This document shows positions 1 through 12,300 of a DNA stretch of 64,000 nt, one piece after another. This DNA comes from Felis catus. Its lineage: Eukaryota. The notes below the pieces were generated by a model. That model was not told the origin of the DNA and did not search any database. It saw only the letters and a program-made list of their open reading frames with translations. Within the stretch, counting starts at the first letter, position 1. Every line of letters starts with the position of its first letter. The stretch covers positions 12,650,001 to 12,714,000 of the forward strand of contig NC_058369.1 of NCBI RefSeq assembly GCF_018350175.1, in the 5' to 3' direction. Position numbers and translations under genes: made by a program.

Positions 1-246
1 AACAGCAGCAGAACCCCCCCCCCCTCGCCGCACCCGGGGCCCAGCACACCTGCCCACGTCCTGCCCTCTGAATCCCGGGGGAGCAGGGGCCACGGCTGTC
101 TCCAATTCCCAGCCAGGCCCCCCGGCCACCCCGGGGATCTGGCCCCAAGCGTCCTGGCCCTGCTGTGCTGCGCGTGAGGCTGTGGTTCCGGGGTGAGGGG
201 GAGGTGGAGAGACCCCGCGGCCATACCCTCCGGAGTGGGGACTCAC

Positions 247-328
247 CACATGCTCCCCGATGCGTCCCGATCCCCGAAGGCGCTGTAGGAGCCGTCCCGG
301 TGCCTGTAGGTCAGCTGCCGCTGGTAGC
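247..328 (-). CDS. CPAMD8: CPAMD8 exon 27 (82 nt)
   Basis: CCGCAG|GCTAC...[38 protein letters not shown]. Confidence 0.95.
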
Positions 329-3300
329 CTGCGGGGCAAAGGGAGGGGTCGGCATCCTGGCGATCCGCTGGGACTGGGCCTCGTCCTACCGTGGGACCTC
401 CACATGATGTAATACTCCCATCCGGGGGGGCCAAAACTGTCCCACGCTCACAGCCGAGGCCCCGGAAACTGCCCCACCACCCACAACCGGAGATGCGCAA
501 CCCCACTCCACGGGTGCGACCGAAACCTCCACTCTACTCGTCTCGCTTCCTGACATCACCTCTTTGTCGCCCCTGCTCACATACCCATCACGCCTGGGTG
601 GTCGGTGACATGCACCATCTCGAGGCAGCACCCTCTGTCCCCGGGGGTGGGCACTATATGCCACAAGAGCTTGGTGTGCTCAGAGAACAGAAGAGCAAGG
701 GGGCAGGGGAGGGAGGGGAGGCGGCCACTCGGGCCACCATGGGCGGTGTGAGCGGGGCTGGGACGCAAGGGGACATGGGCAGTGGGTGGTCTGTAGGGTC
801 CAGGGAGGAAGCAGGCAGACCGGGAGGTGGGCACCGTCCAGGCGGGCAAGGACGACGGGCCGCCCCGGATCAGGTGGTGGAGACAGTGTGGGCAGAGCCG
901 CTGAGGCCCGGAGGAAAGAAAGATCTGGAGAGCAGCAAGGTTTGCAACTTCCTTGCTGGAAGGACGGTGCTGTGCCCTCGGAGGTGGAAAGAGCAGAAGG
1001 GAGCGCTATACCGGATGGACAGTGACCCCCCCCAAATTCATGGCCACCTGGAACCCCAAAATGGGACCTTACGGGGAATAAGGGTCTTTGCAGATTCAAT
1101 TATGCGGAAGATCTCCAGATGAGATCATCGTGGAATAAGGGAGGACCGAGATCCAAGGACTGATGTGCTTACAAGACAGGAGAGGCAGAAATAGAGACGC
1201 CGGAAAAAGTCCTGTGAAGATGGAAGCAGGGAGCACGGGGATGTGTCTACAGGACGGGCTCCCCCAGAGCCTCCAGACGGAACCAACCCTGTTGAACCTT
1301 GACTTTGGACTTCTGGCCCCCGGAGCTGAGAGTGAATCCAGTCCTGTTCTGAGTCACCCAGCGGGTGGTACAGGCATCCCTCAGAAATACCGCGGGTTCG
1401 GTTCCAGACCCGTTTGCAATAAACCGTGTCAAATGAAGTTTTTTGGTTTTCCAGTATATTTAGAGTTATGGCTACGCTACACTATAGTCCGCGAAGCTGC
1501 GACAACATTATGTCTAAGATAACAATGTACGTGCCTTGGTTTATTTAATTTAAAAATACCGGGGCGCCTGGGTGGCTCAGTCAGTTGAGCGTCCCCAGCT
1601 CTTGGTTTCGGCTCAGGTCCTGACCTCACGGTTCGTGAGTTCGGGCCCCACATGGGCCTCCGTGCCAACCGTGCAGGGCCTGCTTGGGATTCTCTCTCCC
1701 CTCTGCGCCTCCCCTGCTGTGCACGTGTGCGTGCGCTCTCTCTCAAAATAAATATATTTTTTAAAAATTTAGAAAAAAAGAAAAACTTTAAAACGTCATG
1801 GCCAAAAGGATGCTAACCGTCATCTGAGCCTTCTGCGAGTCGTAATCTTTTTGCTGGTGGAGGGTCCTGCCTCCACGTGACGGCTGCTGACTGATCGGGG
1901 TGGCGGTCGCTCACGGCTGGGGTGGCTGTGGCAAGGTCTTAAATAAGACAGTAGTAAAGTTCGCTGCGTCGAAGGAGCCCTCCTTTCACGAGCGACTTCT
2001 CTGCAGCACGCGGTGCTGTTTGGTGGCATTTCACCCACGGTGGGACTTCTCTCGGAATCGGAGTCCGTCCCCTCAGATCCCGCTGCTGCCGCCCCCTCCA
2101 CTCTGCCTCTGTGACGTTCTGAACCCTGTGTCGTCGTTCCAACCGTCTTCACGGCATCTTCACCAGGAGCAGACTGCAGCTCAAGAAGCCTGCTTTCCTC
2201 GTCCGTTAGAAGCAGCTCCTCTTCCGTTCAAGCTTTAGCACGAGATCGCGGCAATCTCCAATATAACAACAATCTGGAAGTTCGAAGTATCGCAGGAATC
2301 ACCAAAATGTGGCGGAGTGAGCAAACGCTGTCGGGAAAGCGGAGCTGGTGGGCTTGCTTTGATGCAGGGCTCTCAGAAACCTTCGACTTGGGAAAAAACG
2401 CCCTCTCTTCGAAGCGTCTGCACTTGTGAAGGCGGGTCCAGGAAACGAACACCAGCGAGCGTGCAGAAAACCGGTAGAGTCTGAAATGCCAATTGGCTGA
2501 AGGGCACAGGGTCTGGCTGTCCAAGAGAGGTCCGCGCTGCTGGTTACGACTAGGGGTGGCCTTCAAGGCCCTTTGCCGGGATGGATTCAGCAACCTGAGC
2601 GTCCCCAGCCACAGACTGAGCGGGCTTGGGCTTCCCAGCAGTCTTTGGTCAGCCCTTATCAGGCCAGATCTTCAGCCCATGGCAACCCACCTTACTTTTC
2701 CATCAAAAGTACATTTTCATCATGACGTCTCGCTGTTTCCTTTTCCCGTTGAGGACGGATGGTTCTAGATCATCAGGACTGCTTTTGGAGATCTCATCCA
2801 GAAGCACAGTCACTGGGAACCTTAACAGGCCAGGAGGCAGGAACCCCAGGCTCGCCTCAGGGATCAAGGCGCTCTCATGCCTCAGTTTCCCCATCGGAGA
2901 GGGGCCTGGCATCATCTGGGCTGGGCACATGCCAGTCTTTCTTGAAAGCAGAACCCTCCAACGTTGTGGCCGTGGGCTCTCATCCCACGCTGGCGGGGAC
3001 CTAGTGCCCTGGCTGGCTGATCCAGGAGAGCCTGGGATCTCAGAAGCCCCCACCACTCGCCCTTGAATGGTCTCAGGCTGGCTGCTTCCAGGACTCTTGC
3101 TTTGCTCATCTGGGAAATGAGGACCATTGGTCTGGGGGTGGCCGGGAAGGTGACTTGGGGCAGCACGGGTAGAAGTGCACGGACCTGCCCGCTGCGGATG
3201 CCAGCTTCGCAGACGGGTCAAGCCTTCTCCTTCCTCTCCTTCACTCCACCTCCAGCCCAGGGCCAGAAGCACACCCCAGGAGGCCCCAGGACCTTGGCAT

Positions 3301-6300
3301 CAACTGATCTTAACTCCCTTGCTACACACATAGGTAAGAAACCAAGGCACTGAGAACAGGCCCTACCTGAGAACACACAGCAGGTGCCCGTGACAGAGGC
3401 GAGGCTATAGTCTCCCTTGTCCCCCTCCCTGCAGGGCCAAGACGTGAAGAGGAAGCTGAGGTCAGGGCACTCAGAGGTCCTACCCTCCACACACAGGGCT
3501 GCTTCCTACCCCGAGGATCTGATTCCTGGCGACGGAAGACATTCAGCGCTGCGTCACTTCTGATATTCGGTGCTGTGTTGTTTTTTTGTGAAGATATTCA
3601 ACGCTGTATTGTTTAGGGGGGAAGCTCGAGAAATAATCCCAACGTGTCTAAGAGAGGAGTTTAGCATGTCGTAGTTCATAAATGTATTATGATGGACATG
3701 GGGATTACAGAGAACGTTTCGTTTCTTTTCTTCTAAATGTTTACTTATTTTTGAGAGAGAGCGCGCGCGCGAGCAGGAGAAGGGCAGAGACAGGGGGACA
3801 GAGAATCCCAAGCAGGCTCCGCGCTGCCAGCAGAAAGGCCGATGCAGGCTCGAACCTACGAACTGCAAGATCGTGACCTGAGCCGAAGTCGGGGGCTTAA
3901 CCGACTGAGCCACTGAGGTGCCTTTCATTTTTCTTCTACTATACCTTATTTATTAAAAAAAATTTTTTTAAGTTTATTTTTGAAAGAGAGACAGACAGAA
4001 TGTGAGCAGGGGAGAAGCAGAGAGAGAGGGAAACACAGAATCATAAGCAGGCTCCGGGCTCTGAGCTGTCAGCACAGAGCCCGACGCAGGACCCGAACCC
4101 ACGAACCTTGAGATCATGACCTGAGCCGAAGTCGGACGCTTAACCAACTGAGCCACCCAAGTGCCCTTATTTTTATAATTTTTTTTTAATGTTTACTTAT
4201 TTTTGAGAGAGAGACAGAGAGAGAGCAAGCGAGCGCGAGTGAACAGGGGAGGGGCAGAGAGAGGGAGACACAGAATCCAAAGCAGACTCCAGGCTTTGAG
4301 CTGTCAGCACAGAGCCCGATGCGGGGCTTGAACTTGCGAACTGTGAGATCATGACCTAAGCCAAAGTAGGATGCTTACCTGACTCAGCCACCCAGGCGCT
4401 CCCCGCAAATCTACATTTTTTAAAAGGTGCATCTCCTGTCCCCATAGCTGATTCCCAGCATTCAGAGCCTTGTGCTAATGGGTGCAGACACGGGGCTTCT
4501 GCTGACAGCGACCAGGCGGGGGCTACCCCAAGTGGCCTCTTCCGCTCCCTTCCGTCCCTCCACATCCACTGCACCGGGCACGTGGGCTGCCTCCCTCCCC
4601 GTGTCCTCCGCACAGTCACCCGGCCCCAGTACCTTGTACCAGGTAGTCAGTGGTCTCCCGCTCCACCTCCGGGCTGAGCTGCCGGGTTTTCTGAAGATAC
4701 TTGAGGACAAAGATGTTGGGCGCAAAGTGGATCATGTTTTGCTCGCCACAGCCGAAGGGCAGCCGCAGGAGGCTGCTGAGGTGGTTCAGGGTCGGCCCCA
4801 TGACGTCTCCTGGTGGGAAGGAAAACAGGGCTGGGCCGCAGGCTGGCCTCAACTGGCGCCCTGGTTGTACTCAGGACGGCGTTCCCCGGGGCGGCCTGTG
4901 GTCTCACACCAGCTCCCCACCCTCTGACGGCCGGCGCTGCCTTTGGGCCTGGACCATGCCCTGTGCTCACGTGGCCCACCGGGTGCCCTGGCTTTGGCCG
5001 CCACCTGCTGGAACTCTCCCACACGCCTCCCTCTCTGCTCTCCAGTCTCGGTGTTCTCTCTCTCCCCCTTTTCATGATGCTGAATGCTCGTTTCTTTTTG
5101 GCTTTTAAAACGGGTACATTTAAAGCTATACGTTTTCCTCTAAGTACGACTTTGGTTGCATCCCACACGTTGACGGGTCAATCCAGGCACTGTGCTTCCG
5201 TTTTAAATATTTTTTTTTTCTAACTTCCAGTAGGAAATGTGATTTTCTCTTCAACCACAAGTATTTAGATCTTTAAAAAAAGTTTCTGTACACACCCGAT
5301 ATCGTTGGTATACTTTTAAGTTCTTTTTTTTTTTTCTTTTTGATTTCTCCTGTGCTTTCCTCCCTTCAACACTCTGTCTTCCTCTTCTTGGCCTCTCTGC
5401 ACCACACATGGCTGAACTCCTGCTGTTCCTGATCACACCTCCCTTCCTTCCTTGGCCTTTCCTCCTGCCCCACTGAGGCTGCCACTGCTCCTGCAGCCTC
5501 CATCCATGGCAGGGCCTGCCTGGCTACTTTCTCATCACCCTTCTCCGGGCTTTCCAGCTTCTTCTCCACCTTCTATTCCACTATGCTGAAGGCACTGGCA
5601 CACAGGTCCTGGCCTTCAGCCCCTCTCCATCCCTGCCCATCTTCTGGCTTCCCTTCACCCCTACCCAGGCCACTGACCCCCACGGCCATCTCTGACTTCG
5701 TCTCCTGACTCAGAAATGATAAACTCCCACGTCTTCTGATTGGGCCACAATCACCAACCTGTCTGGGCCCCAGGACTTCTGTTCTCCAGTGTGAGAGAGA
5801 CCTGAGACCCCCGCATTGAGGACTGTCTGCCCTTCCTGGCCTCTTCCCCTCTTCCTACCCTTCCAATACCCAACACCACATCCATCACAGAGGCCCCACT
5901 TTCCACTCCTGTAGTCGGGCTACAGGAGACCACCCACACCCTCCAGACCCCCCGTCACAGCCACTCGCTCCTGCTCAGGAAACGTTCTGGGAACTTGCCC
6001 CCCTCACCGGGACCCCCACCTTCTGCCCCGCACCCGGCTGATTTCACCCGCACTTTCTGTCCTCTTGCGCATCACCCCATGCTCACTGCCCTCATGGAAT
6101 TCGCCACCTGCCCCTCGGGGTTGCTTCACACAGGGCTTGGGTGGGCAGACGGGGAACTCCTCGAGGACAGGGCTGGGGTCATCTCAGGGTCTGCCCCGGC
6201 ATGGAGGAAGCACCAAAGTGGCTGGTCAGGTGAGGCCCCAGGGGCACAGATTCCCCAGCACAGGCTGATGCGAGACCAAGCCCGGGGCGGATACCCTGCC

Positions 6301-9300
6301 CCTCGGCCTCAGTTCTCGCCTCTATACTCCCCAAGCCAGCAACAGGGCAGACGCACCTATGACAGAGGCTGCTGCCCGCTCTGACCCAGGGATGGCGCTG
6401 TGCGGGACTCCCAGGGTAAAGGCCTCACTGTAGCTCTCGTCCACCTCCACCTTCTTCCAGATGCGGAACTCACCCATGGAGCCCCAGCCAGTGGAGAAGC
6501 CGATGAATCGGACCTCCGGTGGCCTGGGGAGGGTCCAGGCCATGATGACAGACTCATTGGAAGGCTCTGGGCCATGGCCAACCTGGAAAAAGAGGCCAAG
6601 GCTGCTGGCTGCTGAATGCTGAGAGGAAGCGCTCAGGCAGCAGTGACACTGGCTACAGGGCTCACAGAGAAACCAAGGGTCACCTCATCCATTAAATGGC
6701 CAACAAGAGACACAAGCATAGCACGTACAGTTTGCCAAGTCATCAGTTCCCTGGAACCCCTGGGCCTTTGCACATGCTATGCCCTCTGCCTGGAACATCC
6801 TCCGCTCCCTCGTTTGCCTGGTGAACTCCTATGCATGCTTCAAAACCCAGTTTGGCTATGTCCCTCCTCTAAGAAGCTGTTAGCTGCTCCTTTCCTATGT
6901 CCTCTTTGCCTGGCCCATAAAATGCCCCAGCCTCGATTTCACCTGCTTATATCCACTTTCTTTCCCCACGACGACCCACTATACTTCAGCTCCCAGGTCC
7001 CCTGGGTGCTTCCTCCACCACAGCTCTCACCTTTTTATTTTATTTTTTTTTTGTAAGTGACTCTAGGCAGACTGTGAGCAACCTGAGGTTGCGCCCTGTG
7101 TTTATCCCCCCCTCTTCCTCGCCCCCTGTTAAGAGCTGGACACAGAGTAGGAAGCAGCAAATGCCAAGGAGCCCGGGGTTCCCACGCCCACCCCAGCCAG
7201 CCCAGCCGTGCCTGGATGAACCCGCCATGCCAGCTGATCCAAAACGTTCTGAATTCATCCCAGGACAGGATCTTGGCCGTGTACGTGCTGGCCACGGGGT
7301 CGCCCATCTTGCTGGTGGAGATCCAGGACCTGGTGTTCTGGTGCCCCCCCAGGACAATCTCTATCATGCCCGCTGTGTCCTGGGGTCCGGCGGACAAGGC
7401 CACGCGGGCATCATTGTGGGCTCGCACGGCCACATCAAAACGGGTGAGCCACAGCGGCCGCTGCACGTACTGGAACTCGTACTTGTTGGGCGTGGAGATG
7501 TGGACTCTCTCTGGACGGAGGGAAGGAGAGAGGGTGTTGAGGGGGCACCTGGAGGCATCCTGCCTCTCCCTGCCTGTGCCCAGGGCTGAGGATCAGGGCC
7601 CCTGGGGGGGCCCGTCTCACTGTGGCTCTGCAGGCAGCTTCCTGAGCAACGGCGAACGGAGACGGCTTACCCACAGCTTTGCCGAGGGCACACGAAAGAG
7701 GAGATGCTCACGGGGCTAACTCCTACAAAAGCCCTGTACAGCCAGAGACTGCAAAATGCTGTTGCAGCTAATTCAGACCCAAATCAAGGGAGAGCCAGAC
7801 CGTGTTTGTGGGTCAGAGGACAACACGGCAGATACGGTAATTATTTCCCAAACTGACACGGATTCGCGGCAATCCCAGTCAGAATCACGGGGGGGTCTTT
7901 TGCGGAAATGATGAAGCCGAGTCCACAATTTATATAGAAACGTAAAGGACCCAGAGGGTCAACACAACTTTGAAACGGAACCAGGGTGAAGGACTCACAC
8001 CTGTGACATTGAGACGCACTCGGAAGCAGCAGTAATCATGACAGTGTGGTACGGACATCAACCCAGGCTCACCAGAACAGCGTAGGGAGTCCAGACGCGG
8101 ACCCACTCGTGTGCGAACAACTGATTTGCAACAAAGGTGAGAAGGCAATTCAACAGTGAAAATCCTTTCAACAGAGGGTGTCGGAACCACTAGTTACCCA
8201 GAGGCAGAAAAGGGAACTCAGGTCCACACCGCGCGTGGTTTTCCAAGGACCAACTCAAAACGGATCAGAGCTATTTTGTAAGCGTACAGCCTAATGATTA
8301 CAAATGTGGAGGAGAACGCGTAGGAATTGGAAAAGATTTCCTTCTTTTAAAATCTTTTTTAAGTTTATTTTATGAGAGAGGGACAGAGTGCAAATGGGGG
8401 AGGGGCAGAGAGAGAGGGAGACACAGAATCGGAAGCAGGCTCCAGGCTCCGAGCTGTCAGCACAGAGCCCGACGCGGGGCTCGAACCCACGAACCGTGAG
8501 ATCATGACCTGAACCAAAGTCAGACGCTTAACCAACTGAGCTACCCAGGCGCCCCAAGATTTCTCTGTTTTAAAGTTCATTTATTCATTTTGAAAGAGAG
8601 AGAGAGCACACACGTGGGGGAGAGGCAAAGAGGGAAAGAGAGAATCCCAAGCGTGGAGCCTGGTGCGGGGCTCAAACTCATTAACTGCGAGATCATGACC
8701 TGAGCCATAATCAAGAGTTGGACACCCAACCAACTGAGCCACCCAGATGCCCCTGGAAAAGATTTCTTTTAGATACAGCAAAAGCATAATCCATAAAATG
8801 AAAAACTGGTAAACTGGGCCACATCAACATGAAAAACTTCTAAAAAAAAAAAAAGAAAGAAAGAAAAGAAAAACCTCCGGTCTTATAAACACACTATTAA
8901 GAGAAAAGACAAGCCACATATTGGGAGAAATGTCTCTGCGAAGCATTCATCTGATAAATGACTTGTAACAAGAATAAATTTATAAAAACTTCCAAAAGTC
9001 AACGTAAAATAAACATTAAAAGATCTGACCAGACACTTCACCAGAAAAGATACATTAATAGTAAACAGGCACATGAAAAGATGCTTGAATGAGGGAAATG
9101 CATATCAAAGCCACAATAAGATACCATCAGGCACCTATCGGAAGGGGGAAAAGTAATCAGAGGGACAACACCAGGTGTGGGCGAGGAGAGGGAAGAAGTG
9201 ATTCTCGCCCCCTGCTGGTGAGAATGCAAAATGGGACTACCACTTTGGAAAACAGTGTGATCATTTCTTAAAAGGTTGAACACATACCTACTGTATGATT

Positions 9301-12300
9301 TAGCTATTTCACTCATAGGTACAGACTCAAGAGAAAGGAAAACATATTATCCATACAAAGACTTGCACATGAATATTCATAGAAGCTTTATTGGAAATAG
9401 CCCCAAACTGGAAATAACTCAAATATCCATCAGCAGGTCAATGAACAAAATGCAATACATCTATTCAGTGGAGGCCCACTCGGCCTTAAAATGATTGAAT
9501 TAGTGATACACACAACGTGAATGAATCTCAGCACTTTTATGCTGAGTGAAATAAACCAGAGAAAAAGAGTACATTTTTATGATTCCATTTATATAAAAGT
9601 CTAGAAAGTGCAAAGTAATCTATAGAGACAGGAAACAGGTCAGTAGTTCCTTGGTGACAAGACTAGAAACAGGGGTGAGTGATTACAAGGGGGCATGATT
9701 TTTGGGGTTAATGGAAATCTTCATTATCTTAGATGTGATAGTTTCACAGATGTACACAGATGTCAACACTTCCCAAATTGTATGCCTAAAATACGTGTGA
9801 TTTATTGTATGTCGATTATACCTCAATCAACATGTTAAAAATATTACTGACTTTACTTTGAATACAAATGTACATTCAGCCTAGTGTAAATTATGATTTT
9901 AAAAAAGTAGAAACAGGGGAGCCTGGGTGGCTCAGTCGGTTAAGCATCCGACTTCAACTCAGGTCACGATCTCGCAGTCCGTGAGTTCGAGCCCCACGTC
10001 GGGCTCTGGCCTGACGGCTCAGAGCCTGGAGCCTGCTTCAGATTCTGCATCTCCCTCTCCTCTCTGCCCCTCCCCCAGCACTTTCTCTCTCTCCCTCTTT
10101 CTCTCTCAAAAATAAATAAACATGTACAAAATAAGAAGAAAATTCTATAGTGGTCAAATTCTGGAACAGTCATTTGATAGAACATACTGAAGCTGTTTTG
10201 AAATGCTGTTTATAAAGTCTTTACAACAAAGAAAAGTGCTTGAGATGTGTTAAATGAGCAAGGCAGACCACAGAATTATTTAGCTCACGAGTCACAACTA
10301 TGTTAAAACAAACAATAATCAACCGTATGCAACCAAATCTAACAAAATGTTAGAAAAGGTCATCTCTGGATGAGAACCAAAGGAGATATTTTTCCTTCTT
10401 TCTATCTTCCTAAGTTTCCTGTAATACACAAGTATTGCTTTTGCTTTTCCCAATTTTTAAAATTGTGGTAAAATACAAATAATGTAAAGTGGTCCTCTTA
10501 ATCGTTTCTATGTGTCCAGTTCAGGAGTATCAAATACAGTCCTATTGTGCAAACATCATCACTGTTTCTCCTTGCAAAACTGTAACTCTGTCCCCATTAA
10601 ACACTGAGCTGCCATCCCCTCCCCGCAACCCCTGGCTCCCACCATCTACTTTCTGTCTCTATGATTTTGACTTCTCTAAGTACCTCATATTAGTGGAATC
10701 ATACGGTATTTGTGCCTATGTGTCACTTTTAAAAATGTTTTTATTTTACTTTTGCTGAGATAACTGTACATTCACATATGACTGTAAGAAATAACACAGA
10801 GAGATCTGTGTCCTCTGGACCCAGTTCTCCCCAGGGGCATCTGGCAAGATTCTAGTACAACATCACAACCAGGATATTGACATCGATACAACCCATTAGT
10901 CTTGTTCATATTTCCCCAATTTTATTTGTACAAGATCCCTCCTATTGGCCTTTATCACCATACCCACACTCTTCCTCCCCATCCCAGCCATGGCTAATAT
11001 AACCTCCATTTCAAAAATTTTGTCATTTCAAAAAATACTGCAAACAAAATAATTTATGGACCCTATTGGGATTGAGGGTTTTTTTTTTTTCCCCACTCAA
11101 TCCCCTTCACCCAGATAGCTGCGTATGTCAATAGTGCATTCCTTTTTATCACTAAATAGCATTCCAAGGTAGGAATGTACCGTGATTTGCTTATCCACTC
11201 ATCCACTGAAGGACACCTAGGCTGTTTCCAGTTTGGGGCTATTACAAATAAAGCTGATATGAACATTTACGTACGGGTTTTTGTGTGAACATAAATCTTT
11301 GTTTCTCTGGGAAAAATGCCTCGTAGTGCAATTTCTGGGTGGTACGCATGGAGCACGCGTAGCTTTTTAAGAAACTCCCAGCAGCAGACACACCATTTTA
11401 CAATTCCCACCAGCAACGTATGAATAATCCTCTTTCTCCCCATCCTCACCATCTTTTACTGCTGTCACTATTTTTTTTTTTACTTTAGTTATTCTGATAA
11501 GCGTGCCTTGACAACTTACAAAATTTTGCATTTTGCTAATGGTTAACGATGTCGAACGTCCTTGTGCCTATCTGTCACCTGTATGCCTTCTTTGGTGAAC
11601 TGTTTGTTCCTTTTTCCCACTTTCTAATTGGATCGTTTGATATTCTAGATACTAGTCTTCTGTCAGACCTGTGTCTGGAAGTATTTTCTCCCAGTCTGTA
11701 ACTTGTATTTCCTCCTCTTACTAGCATCTTTTGCAAAGCAGTTTTTCATTTTGATAAGGTCCATTTATGAGTCTCCTTTTATGGGTGATGCTTTTTGGTA
11801 TCATGTCTAAAACCCCTTTACCCAGCCCCGGATCCCAAAGGTTTCTCAGAAATTTTCTCACCAATTTTTCCTAAAAGTTTTATCATTTTACATGTAAGTC
11901 CATGATCCATTTGAGTTAATTCTCATATAAAGTGGGATCTTTAGGTCAAAGTTCATGCTTTTACCAATCCTGTCCAATTACTCTATCACCGTTTGTTGAA
12001 AAGGCTCTCCTCCCTTCGTTGACTTGCTTTTGCACCTCTGTCAAAATTCGTTTCAGCTTGTAAGTGATGCACTGCTGTTTAATACACAAAGGGCGGGGCA
12101 GGGGGAGGGGCGGGTGAATGTCAAGAGGAAGCCTGTGTCTAGAGTGGTCCCTGTGGGGCCGGTCACGCTGGATGCCTTGGCAACGGGGAGGTGCTGTGCC
12201 TGGGGAGCCGACAATCCCCGGGGACTCAGCTCAGATCCTCAGCTCGGCCACCTGGCAAAGCCTGCTGGGTGCTGCCCAGTGCCAGGCCAGGCCTGGGCTC

